A DNA stretch of 56,862 bases. Origin: Candidatus Woesearchaeota archaeon (GTDB taxonomy: Archaea > Nanobdellota > Nanobdellia > Woesearchaeales > DATGWN01). A program made the translations under genes and the position numbers. The notes under the pieces are model-generated. The model ran no database searches. It was given only the letters and a program-made list of their open reading frames with translations, and was not told the DNA's origin. Below, piece by piece: positions 48,578 to 56,862 of this stretch (position 1 is its first letter; every line of letters begins with the position of its first letter). Where the stretch lies: assembly GCA_047603125.1 (NCBI GenBank), contig JBLKOU010000003.1, positions 1-56,862 of the forward strand, given 5' to 3'.

Positions 48578-48925
48578 TTAAAAAGTTAAATATTTTGATG
48601 CAAAACCACCAATAACCGGAATGTCTTTTTGATTCAAGTTAATAGCGTTAATAAGACCAATTATCCAAAGAATAAACAATCCAACTTGAATTAATAAGGC
48701 TATTGGTACAACGAGAATTAACCCTAACCCGAATGTCACTATTCCAATAATTGTTGATAATATTGAAATAACGAATCCTGCAATAAACGAAATAATCAAA
48801 AGATTTAACGCTTGTTTTACATGAAACTTTGTCTTTGTGTTTTGTGCTTTTTTATCGACAAAATACCAAATTATCCCAACAAGTATATAGGATAAGGCAC
48901 TGACGACTTTGTCATTTTGACCCAT
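48578..48925 (-). CDS. DUF4870-like membrane protein
   Basis: ALSY, FHVKQALNL and IIGLINA...IPVIG motifs. Confidence 0.8.
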   Translation of the reverse strand: MGQNDKVVSALSYILVGIIWYFVDKKAQNTKTKFHVKQALNLLIISFIAGFVISILSTIIGIVTFGLGLILVVPIALLIQVGLFILWIIGLINAINLNQKDIPVIGGFASKYLTF

Positions 48926-49009
48926 GTTTTTTCCCCCTTGCTTCATATGTTCGAAGCAAAACCATACCGTCTAATATGGATAATCCTTTATAACTATTTT
49001 GGTTATATG

Positions 49010-49199
49010 GGCGTCATCCAATATTCTTCAAAAAGAGCACGCAGATTTTGCTCAAGAGTCCCACTTTGAGAATCGTGCGAAAATTCGTCTGCAACTTTTC
49101 GGATTTTCATCCTCAAGTTTGAAAGAGGCTTTCAAACAATCACCGAATTTTCTGATCTTGCTGCAAGGTGCTCTTCTTTATTCTTTTTTGTATAAAGCC
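49010..49199 (+). repeat. Structured intergenic element, subfamily A, copy 3 (longest; core 49031-49175)
   Basis: Same core as 7908-7980 plus an internal two-hairpin insert (includes GTTTGAAAG/CTTTCAAAC). Outer IR decayed. Confidence 0.85.
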
Positions 49200-49208
49200 A
49201 GTTGTGCA

Positions 49209-49820
49209 TCAAATCAATGCCAAAACTCCGTTAATAATAAACTGAATACCAACGACAAGAACGAGTAACCCCATAATCTGATCAATTATCTTTCTCCCGT
49301 TTTTCCCAATAAATTTGAGAACAATAGAAGAATTGCTTAAAATTAAAAATGAAACATAACAAACTGCCATAATTGCACTTATAAGCGTCAACATTTGTAA
49401 AACACCTGTTGCTTGCGCCATTAAAACTATTGTTGCTGTCATTGCTCCAGGACCTGAAAGCATGGGAATTGCTAAAGGAATAAGTGAGAGATCTTGAAGA
49501 TTTCTAGGCTTATGAGCATGCTTTCGCTCATCATCCGCATTTGTCAACATCATAAATGCAATACGTATGATTAAAAGACCCCCTGCAATTCTAAAAGCCT
49601 CAATAGTAATTGAAAAAAAAGAAAGTATGAGATTTCCTGCCATACTAAAGACAATAAGAACACACGCTGCTGTTATTGCTGCATTTTTTGCAATATGGCG
49701 TTTTTGGGCAGGTGTTGCGCTTTTTGCAAGTGTTAAAAATATTGAAGACGTACTAAATGGGTTCATAATAGTAAACAAAGAAGAAAAACAAAGACCAAAA
49801 AAAGCAAGTAGTTCAATCAT
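49209..49820 (-). CDS. marC: MarC family membrane protein
   Basis: IMNPF, FRIAGG, IPLAIPMLSGPGA and IMGLL motifs. Confidence 0.9.
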   Translation of the reverse strand: MIELLAFFGLCFSSLFTIMNPFSTSSIFLTLAKSATPAQKRHIAKNAAITAACVLIVFSMAGNLILSFFSITIEAFRIAGGLLIIRIAFMMLTNADDERKHAHKPRNLQDLSLIPLAIPMLSGPGAMTATIVLMAQATGVLQMLTLISAIMAVCYVSFLILSNSSIVLKFIGKNGRKIIDQIMGLLVLVVGIQFIINGVLALI

Positions 49821-49955
49821 AGGTGGTTTTCAGGATTTAGCCTTTTTAAACATTTTTGATTTCGGGAGTATTTGGAAGAAAAGACTGAGCACTACTGCAC
49901 CCTCACATTAAATGACATAAACTATGAATTTATACAAATAGTATTGTAACAATAT

Positions 49956-50570
49956 CTACTTATAATCAAAACGTCCACAAGCAAGCACACACACATAGGT
50001 TGATAGTTCTCGAGGTTTTGAAAACATTCTTGGGTGAACACATTTTGGAAAATCAAATTCAGTATGAAAGCCTCGCAGTTCATGCTGATTATTTGCAATC
50101 AGACCTAAACGATTTTGATTTCTATATGCAAAAAATGTTGCAGGAATTTCTGATGAAGTATCATGAGATACATAACCAATTGCAAGCCACTTATTTGCAA
50201 CAAGTAATGTCCCTTTTCTGTGAGGGAAAAATCTTCGTGTATCGAGTATCGAGAAAACGTCTTGTACTTGACTCAAATTGAGAGGAAATGATTGATCGTT
50301 GAGTGCTGATTCTAAAACATCAGTTAAACTGGTCTGTATAAGTTCATATTTGCGATGAAAAAGCGGACTATACGCACTTGTTACTATTCGCTTTGCTTTC
50401 TCCAATGGCGCTGTTTGTACTGATTTTTGTGATCCAAATACCATAAGTAAATGATAAGAGGAAGATGAACTATTTATTTGTTTCTTTTTTTGCAAATAAG
50501 TGTATACTGAGTCGACTCGCAATCCTACCGCGTAAATCAATTTTGCAACAATGTTAATAAATGATGACAT
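49956..50570 (-). CDS. Hypothetical protein
   Basis: 204-aa ORF with no recognised motif. Confidence 0.45.
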   Translation of the reverse strand: MSSFINIVAKLIYAVGLRVDSVYTYLQKKKQINSSSSSYHLLMVFGSQKSVQTAPLEKAKRIVTSAYSPLFHRKYELIQTSLTDVLESALNDQSFPLNLSQVQDVFSILDTRRFFPHRKGTLLVANKWLAIGYVSHDTSSEIPATFFAYRNQNRLGLIANNQHELRGFHTEFDFPKCVHPRMFSKPRELSTYVCVLACGRFDYK

Positions 50571-50582
50571 TTTTCTTATACT

Positions 50583-51686
50583 ATGCTCTCAGAAAAGTAC
50601 AAAAAACAACTTGAACACCAAGGATATAGTATTGTTGGAGATCATAGTGCGGTAAAAACATGCGGTTGGACAAAAAGCATGATCCGAGGACACGGCGGAT
50701 GCTATAAACTCACTTTTTATGGAATTATGAGTCATCAGTGCATGCAAATGTCAACAAGTCTGAGTTGTGCAAATAGATGTACATTTTGTTGGCGAGGATA
50801 TAAGGCGCCAGTTTCTAAAGGATGGAAATGGAAAACAGATGATCCAGTATTTATTGTAAATGAAAGCAAAAAAGCACATCATAAACAACTCACCGGCTTT
50901 GGTGGCTCACAGAGTGCAAGAAAAGCTCTTTACAAGGGCTCAAAAACAATTAAGCATGTCGCACTCTCACTTACAGGAGAACCATTACAATATCCTCGCA
51001 TGAATGAATCTATTGATGAATTTCACAGACAAGGAATTTCAACATTTTTAGTTACGAATGCACAATTCCCTGAAGAACTTGAGCAATTAAAACCCGTCAC
51101 ACAATTATATTTAAGTATTGATGCGCCAAATGAACAACTTCTTAAAATTGTCGACGTCCCGTTATTTTCAGATTTCTGGCAACGACAACAAGCTTGTCTT
51201 GATATTCTTGCAAAAAAACCATCACGAACAACCATACGCCTTACTATCATAAAAGGCATTAATGATACTGATTTACCAGGATACGCTTCTCTGATTAACC
51301 GCGGAGATCCCGATTTTATAGAAGTAAAAGGCTATATGCACATTGGTGAATCCCAGCTTCGACTAGAACGAAAACACATGCCCATGCATGAAGAAGTTGT
51401 TGCGTTTTCTCAAGCACTTGAAAAATATCTTCCTGAATACGAACTTGTAACTGAGCATGTTCCGTCCAGTGTCGTATTATTTGCAAAAAAACGCTTCAAA
51501 AAAAATGGTGAGTGGTATACTTGGATTGATTTTGATAAATTTTTTACACTTGCACAAGAATCAACACCACCAAACGCTGATGACTATATTCGAAAAACAC
51601 CAAAGGTTGGCTTTAGTGGAAAAACAACACAGGACTATTTTCAAACAGTGATTAAACGAAAAGAATTACAAAAGAAAAAAAACTAG
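50583..51686 (+). CDS. taw1: 4-demethylwyosine synthase Taw1/TYW1
   Basis: HSAVKTCGWT, CYKLTFYGI, CANRCTFCWR, ALSLTGEP and FIEVKGY motifs. Confidence 0.95.
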   Translation: MLSEKYKKQLEHQGYSIVGDHSAVKTCGWTKSMIRGHGGCYKLTFYGIMSHQCMQMSTSLSCANRCTFCWRGYKAPVSKGWKWKTDDPVFIVNESKKAHHKQLTGFGGSQSARKALYKGSKTIKHVALSLTGEPLQYPRMNESIDEFHRQGISTFLVTNAQFPEELEQLKPVTQLYLSIDAPNEQLLKIVDVPLFSDFWQRQQACLDILAKKPSRTTIRLTIIKGINDTDLPGYASLINRGDPDFIEVKGYMHIGESQLRLERKHMPMHEEVVAFSQALEKYLPEYELVTEHVPSSVVLFAKKRFKKNGEWYTWIDFDKFFTLAQESTPPNADDYIRKTPKVGFSGKTTQDYFQTVIKRKELQKKKN

Positions 51687-52018
51687 TGGTTCTTAGCATA
51701 CGCAAGTAAATTATCTCGAAGTGTTTTTGAATAATTAGCAACGCCATTATGAACTGTTATAGCAGCATATAATCTTTTATCTGGCATAGAAGAAATGGTT
51801 ACATATCTTGGAGATTGTTCCAGTTTTTTATGCTCAAGTTGTAGCTGTGTGACGTTCATACTTTCTATTTTATACGATTGTCTACTTGTTGTGTCTAACC
51901 AAAGACCTGGATATGGATTTTGACGTTTGTGCTTCAAAAAGGAGCCTACTAATTTTACAACATCATCTACCGAAGTTCCACCTTCAAATTCAATGCAATT
52001 ATCACCACTTGGCTTCAT
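51683..52018 (-). CDS. Hypothetical protein
   Basis: 111-aa ORF with an upstream TATA-like box. Confidence 0.55.
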   Translation of the reverse strand: MKPSGDNCIEFEGGTSVDDVVKLVGSFLKHKRQNPYPGLWLDTTSRQSYKIESMNVTQLQLEHKKLEQSPRYVTISSMPDKRLYAAITVHNGVANYSKTLRDNLLAYAKNH

Positions 52019-52081
52019 GTAGGTGTGAAAAAAAGGGCTCTTTATAAAGCTTTCGCAGCGTTACTACTTTTCAGGGACTTT

Positions 52082-52714
52082 TTATTCGTAAAACTCTAAT
52101 TTATCATCTGTTAAAATCCCTTTTTTTAGCGCAACCGGACGCCACGTATCTTCCACAAGTGAAGCATCTAGCCAAGCTGCAAGCTCACGAGGATTGCCAA
52201 TTGTTGCTGACAACCCAATAATTTGTGCTTTTGGTAATTGTGTTTTTAAAATCGTTAAAACAATCTCTAATGTCGGGCCACGCATGGAGTCATGGAGTTG
52301 GTGAATTTCATCTACAACAATACAGCCCACATCATGTATCCAAGGTGTATGATGGCGTAAAAGCGAGTCTAATTTTTCGCTCGTTGTTATTATCAAATCA
52401 TACTGCTCTAAATACGAATCTGTCGCATCAACGTCCCCTATTGATCGCGCTATTGCAAAATCATACGTTTTTTTAAAAGAATGATACTTCTCATTGGCAA
52501 GAGCTTTTAGAGGAACAATGTAGATTGCCTTCTTCTTTTTGCCAAAAATTGCATCTAAAAATGCCAATTCTCCAACAAACGTCTTTCCAGATGCCGTTGG
52601 CGTGCAAATAAGAAGGTTCTCTCCTGCAAATAACCCTGCATCTACTGCCTTTTGCTGACTAGGTCGAAGAGTATCATGCACTAAGAATGGCCGTATATGT
52701 GTGGGAATCTCCAT
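52082..52714 (-). CDS. Stand-alone N-terminal RecA domain of a Hel308/Ski2-like helicase
   Basis: PTASGKT, PLKALANEK, TSEKLD, DEIH and LSAT. Stops shortly after WRPV. Confidence 0.8.
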   Translation of the reverse strand: MEIPTHIRPFLVHDTLRPSQQKAVDAGLFAGENLLICTPTASGKTFVGELAFLDAIFGKKKKAIYIVPLKALANEKYHSFKKTYDFAIARSIGDVDATDSYLEQYDLIITTSEKLDSLLRHHTPWIHDVGCIVVDEIHQLHDSMRGPTLEIVLTILKTQLPKAQIIGLSATIGNPRELAAWLDASLVEDTWRPVALKKGILTDDKLEFYE

Positions 52715-52782
52715 ATTTAGTGTGAAACATGTATCATTTATAAGTGCATAGTTTTTTAAATTGAAAAAACCAGTATTCTTGT

Positions 52783-53157
52783 GTGATTGAAGATAAAGAT
52801 ATTTCAAGTAGAGAAGAACGAATTATCGAAAAAGAAGCTACAATTCAATCTGATCGCTTCGGTCTTATGGGACTTCGCGTGATCTCTATAGCTTTTTGCG
52901 TAGTCGCACTTCTTCGAATTCTTATGATTGGTTTGGAATTATTTGGTCTTTTACTTGCCGGTGCAGGAGTTTTATTTTATTTACTCGCACACCATGTATC
53001 TCGACGGGAAGAGCCAACACAAGAAGAACGAGATTTTGAAAAACGTGCACAAAAAATGCACATCTTTGCTTCTATATTAAATGGATTTCGCGAAGATAAA
53101 ACCGAAAAAGAGTTTATTGCAAAAAAGAAAAAGAAATCATTTTTTCAGCAGAATTGA
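52783..53157 (+). CDS. Hypothetical membrane protein (2 TM)
   Basis: Two hydrophobic helices with charged termini. Confidence 0.55.
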   Translation: MIEDKDISSREERIIEKEATIQSDRFGLMGLRVISIAFCVVALLRILMIGLELFGLLLAGAGVLFYLLAHHVSRREEPTQEERDFEKRAQKMHIFASILNGFREDKTEKEFIAKKKKKSFFQQN

Positions 53158-53331
53158 ATCTCGGCTGTAAACTCATTATTCATCTAAACAGAAAATCAGC
53201 GATAGGGAGTGTCCGGAAAAGAAGAAAAATTGCAGGCACTTCGCGGCAAAAAAGACAGCTGTCGCGAAATCCGAAAAGTTGCAAAGAAATCCAAATGCTT
53301 TTTCGTGTCATTTGAGACATACTCAAGCATA

Positions 53332-53484
53332 GGCTTTATCCAATAGTTGTTTTTCAAAAAAGAGCACGCAGACTTGGCTCAAGAGTCCCACTTTGAGAAG
53401 TATGCGAAAATTCGCTTGTATGAAGCAGCGAATTTTCTGACTTTATTGCAAGGTGCTCTTTTTTCTTATTTTTTTGATGAAGCC
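53332..53484 (+). repeat. Structured intergenic element, subfamily A, copy 4
   Basis: AAGAGCAC-GCAG...GAAAATTCGCT/AGCGAATTTTC-TGAC...TTGC-AAG-GTGCTCTT. Outer IR GGCTTTATC/GATGAAGCC. Confidence 0.85.
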
Positions 53485-53529
53485 CAAGTGATAAGAACTT
53501 TTAAAAAGATTGCCTCTTGAACTCTTTGT

Positions 53530-54024
53530 ATGTTAGAAGCATATGAAAAATTACAAAAAAGTGAAGAGTTTGAAAAAACAGATTTGACAGGTTTTGAACT
53601 CGTACATTGTTTTTGCATGAAATCACCTCAAATTCAACATCCACCATGGCAATTTGGCTATTATCATTTAGATAAACAACAAATGATTGAGTTTCACGTC
53701 CATGATTCAAAGATTGAAATCATGCATAATTCTGAATTGCTCAAAGATCCAAATACGCAACTTCTTGCACTCTCCCTTGACGGTGTTTTGTCTCAGCAAG
53801 AGATTGAAGAAAAAACAATTGCATTTCTCGAAAAGACATATACCCACGCACACACACAAACAAAAATACTGCTCTTACAAAATATTGCTGAATTTGGAAT
53901 TGTGTGGAATGTGACGTATATATTAATCACTTGGCAAACAGTTAATGTCAAGTTTGATGCAAAGACGGGTGAAGTAAAGGCGCACGCAATCCAAAATTTA
54001 CTTGATACAAAACAGGGGAATTAG
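53530..54024 (+). CDS. Conserved hypothetical protein (PepSY-like C-terminus)
   Basis: WQFGYY, VWNVT and VKFDAKTGEV motifs. Confidence 0.7.
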   Translation: MLEAYEKLQKSEEFEKTDLTGFELVHCFCMKSPQIQHPPWQFGYYHLDKQQMIEFHVHDSKIEIMHNSELLKDPNTQLLALSLDGVLSQQEIEEKTIAFLEKTYTHAHTQTKILLLQNIAEFGIVWNVTYILITWQTVNVKFDAKTGEVKAHAIQNLLDTKQGN

Positions 54025-54039
54025 CGAAATATCAACTTT

Positions 54040-54333
54040 TTAGAGGTACGGTTTTGGCAACCCTCGAGAAAGAAGAAAATTATAAACACGTGGGCGCGTA
54101 TCTTCTAAAGCAAACATCATTTTTCTATACTGTAAAGCGAGTGTACTGCGTTTCGCATAAAATCGCATTGTATCTACGATAGTCCCACCAGGCAATGGTC
54201 TTGCGAAAACACGTGTTCGCATTCGCTCCCATTTTCTTCGATCTTTCGGATAGCTTTCTTCTAAAACCGAAGTAGAAAAAACAGGCTCAATACCCTTGTA
54301 AGAACTTCTCTCAAAACATCCTTCTAAAGACAT
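54040..54333 (-). CDS. Hypothetical protein
   Basis: 97-aa ORF with a TATA-like box about 25 bp upstream. Confidence 0.5.
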   Translation of the reverse strand: MSLEGCFERSSYKGIEPVFSTSVLEESYPKDRRKWERMRTRVFARPLPGGTIVDTMRFYAKRSTLALQYRKMMFALEDTRPRVYNFLLSRGLPKPYL

Positions 54334-54556
54334 AGGTATGATTTCTCTTCAACGTATATAAATATTTCGTCAATTAAATTTTCTCAAAAATATCTTCGCA
54401 ACTGAAAACCATAGCTTCAAACAGTTACTTTGCATCTTATGAGATTTTATAAATCAAAATTACCAAAGTTATACTATGACATATACAGCAAAAATGGGGT
54501 GCAAAGAGATGACAAAGACAAAAGGATTAACTGATTTTATTGATGATGATTGCGAG

Positions 54557-54838
54557 TCATGACCATCTAATTTTTTCTAATTCTCCACGGACGCTTAATT
54601 CATTTGAAGCGCCCAAAAGAGAAAATACTTTACTTCTTAATGCGCGTGTTTTTTGTGGACTGTAAATATGCGAAATAATATTATCACAAATAGTATCTGC
54701 AAGCATTGCTTTTTGTTTTGAAGTCAATAATTTGAGAGGAGGGTCTAATTCAAGGGCTTTCATTTCTCGTAAAATAAGAAAGCTTGCGCTTGGACCTACA
54801 AGTTTTTCTAAATAAACAACAAGTGGATGACTACTCAT
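54557..54838 (-). CDS. Hypothetical helical protein
   Basis: LEKLVGPSASFLI. Overlaps the CBS gene stop. Confidence 0.55.
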   Translation of the reverse strand: MSSHPLVVYLEKLVGPSASFLILREMKALELDPPLKLLTSKQKAMLADTICDNIISHIYSPQKTRALRSKVFSLLGASNELSVRGELEKIRWS

Positions 54839-55226
54839 AGGAAAAAACAGAACGCGCCAAATGCTTGAGTAAATCCGACTCTGCGACAATACCAACAAGT
54901 CGTTGTTTTTGTAAAATAGGAACTTTTTTTATTTTCTTTGCGATAATAAGATGCGCGATTTGAACATCGGTTTGAGTTATATCGCCACAAATTACTGGAG
55001 AAGTCATCACTTGTGATATTTTGGTTGTTGTGGGTAAACCCTTGACAACAACCCTATCGACTAAATCTCGCTCACTAAAGACGCCTAATACATGTTTGTT
55101 TTTATCAATAATGACTACCGTACTTGTCTTTTGCTTTTTGAGAATTTTACATGCCCCAAGAACCGTTATATTTGCAGAACATGTTGCCACCTTTGTGCGC
55201 ATCACTTCACGTACATTCATCGCCAT
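54831..55226 (-). CDS. CBS-pair protein
   Basis: VREVM, GVFSERDL, VMTSPV and KVPI...LVGIV motifs. Confidence 0.9.
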   Translation of the reverse strand: MAMNVREVMRTKVATCSANITVLGACKILKKQKTSTVVIIDKNKHVLGVFSERDLVDRVVVKGLPTTTKISQVMTSPVICGDITQTDVQIAHLIIAKKIKKVPILQKQRLVGIVAESDLLKHLARSVFSYE

Positions 55227-55272
55227 ATTCGTATTTGAGAATGCTGTGATTAAAAAGTTTGTGTTAGAAAAA

Positions 55273-55499
55273 TTTTAGACAGAAGTAAAATTATGTGAAA
55301 ATCTGTGTTTTTTTCACATTTAGAATTCACTTTTTCTATGTTTAAAAGCATATTTTTCTCATTGAGTACCTAATGGCGAATTCCAATTATAATGCGGCGA
55401 TCTTCGAACAGCGGTTCATCTTGCGAATTTCTCCGGTGCGCAACTCCTCGAAATTCTGATTCTGCGCCAAGGCATTATAACTTGTTATTATCGTTAACT
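55273..55499 (+). repeat. Structured intergenic element, subfamily B, copy 2 (core 55386-55480)
   Basis: Matches 6444-6626 except for an insertion of about 42 bp near 55323-55365 and scattered substitutions. Confidence 0.85.
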
Positions 55500-55536
55500 A
55501 GAAAAGAGAAAAAGAAAAGAAAAAAATCCTTAGAAT

Positions 55537-56133
55537 CTAAGGATAAATTGTTTCTCGAGCACCAAACATAACTTGAGGAGTTTGCAAATTCAGAGTCATT
55601 GCAGCTCCTGTTTTTGGTACAAAGCTTACTCGAAGTGGTGCTGCTTCTTGGATTGCTTCAGGCAATAAGAAGCAAAGCTCTAATACATCCCCTTGTTGAA
55701 GGTATGCATCGTCTCCACCATCAGCAGTGCCACCTTTTGTAAAGATGGAACCATAGACGCCATCAAGTTCAGTTACGTTTGTACAATTCGCTGTTTGATT
55801 ATAGTTTAAGCTTAATCGTGACGAAAATGTATCAACTTGTAAGAGAGCGTCTGCCAATCGAATTGGCTCACTTCCTGCTGCGAGTCGCACTTTAAAGAAC
55901 GAATGATTATATGTTCTATTACTTGCGTTGTTGTTTGTGTCTACCACGTACATTTGAATTGGCACAATCGTTGTTGAAACCTGTGAACGTGTTTGAGAAC
56001 CAGTCTCAAGTGCTTTTGATTGAAGACTACTTGATGTTTGAATCAATACTCCTGCTGCAACTGCTGCAACTAAGATCATTGAAATAAACAAAATTAGTGT
56101 TCCAATTCCTGCTTCTGCTTTTTTCTGTTTCAT
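55537..56133 (-). CDS. flaB: Archaellin (archaeal flagellin)
   Basis: [38 protein letters not shown] and YLQQGD motifs. Confidence 0.9.
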   Translation of the reverse strand: MKQKKAEAGIGTLILFISMILVAAVAAGVLIQTSSSLQSKALETGSQTRSQVSTTIVPIQMYVVDTNNNASNRTYNHSFFKVRLAAGSEPIRLADALLQVDTFSSRLSLNYNQTANCTNVTELDGVYGSIFTKGGTADGGDDAYLQQGDVLELCFLLPEAIQEAAPLRVSFVPKTGAAMTLNLQTPQVMFGARETIYP

Positions 56134-56143
56134 TTTGTATCAC

Positions 56144-56752
56144 CTAAGGGAATAAGTACACCGTTTGAGACGTCATCACAGATGGTGCAGTCATACTCGC
56201 ACTTGTAATGGATCCTGTTCGTGGAATGAATGTAATTTCAACAGTTTCGTCTTCGCTTACAGCTCGTGGAGCAGCAAAACAAACTGAGACGACATCGCCT
56301 GAAACCAAATATCCTTCCAGATTATTTGTACCTGTCAATAAGTAGTCAACCGTAAATTCTGATTGAGAAGAGATACTACTCAACTCATCACAACTACCTA
56401 CTCCACCATATGTTAATGATGATGCGTTTTGCGAATTTACAACAAATTCGAAAACACCGTCTTCTAGTTTAATAACGCCGCTGCCCGGGACTAATTTCAT
56501 CTCAACAGCAAACTGTTCAATATTGTTGTCTGAAGATGCATCCTGTGCATAGACTGTTAAAAACTGAACAGATGTTGCTACCTGATCTTTTGACTGCGAT
56601 GCTGTGGCAAGTGCTTTTGTTTGCAAACTATTTGCTGTTTGAATCAATACACCTGCTGCAATCGCCGCCACAAGAATCATTGCTATAAATAGAACCAATG
56701 TTCCTATGCCTGCTTCGGCACGTTTATGCAGTTTTAACATTTCTATATTCAC
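56144..56752 (-). CDS. flaB: Archaellin (archaeal flagellin)
   Basis: [35 protein letters not shown] and YLVSGD motifs. Confidence 0.9.
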   Translation of the reverse strand: MNIEMLKLHKRAEAGIGTLVLFIAMILVAAIAAGVLIQTANSLQTKALATASQSKDQVATSVQFLTVYAQDASSDNNIEQFAVEMKLVPGSGVIKLEDGVFEFVVNSQNASSLTYGGVGSCDELSSISSQSEFTVDYLLTGTNNLEGYLVSGDVVSVCFAAPRAVSEDETVEITFIPRTGSITSASMTAPSVMTSQTVYLFP

Positions 56753-56862
56753 CTCATACCTAGCATTTTAAATATGCTCTAGGGTATTTTTCACACTACT
56801 AGTATTTAAATGTTTTCACTGATTTAAGCTACCTTTTTAAATAAACTGACCGAAAATGTATA

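Overview
A 56.9-kb, AT-rich archaeal chromosome segment. The gene set (S17e, S27e, L44e, S8e, L37e, aIF2-alpha, GINS, Kae1, Taw1, DTD2, Sm, class III pilins and archaellins) is combined with bacterial-type NrdR and a long RelA/SpoT. This points to a DPANN archaeon, most likely Woesearchaeota (inference). The window holds three tRNA-Arg genes (one with an intron), a complete Tad/type IV pilus locus, two archaellins, a decayed liv ABC operon hit by an IS200-type element, and HEPN/MNT modules. The strongest unexplained signal is non-coding. At least eight intergenic elements (near 6.5, 7.9, 20.8, 29.4, 29.6, 49.0, 53.4 and 55.4 kb, plus a mosaic at 53.2 kb) differ in sequence but share one fold: a long closing stem, an unpaired AAG, a 4-bp helix, and a multi-hairpin junction, with GCGAA and/or TTCTGAY motifs in most copies. 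They show compensatory changes and exchange internal modules. Other leads are a translationally coupled yhbY / unknown / TIM-barrel / Rmt-type rRNA methyltransferase operon, a catalytically dead MCM paralog head-to-head with GINS, an IS200 transposase whose middle is replaced by a foreign gene fragment, and 82-bp tandem repeats of a tRNA 3' end. All calls were made by eye from motifs; no database searches were run.
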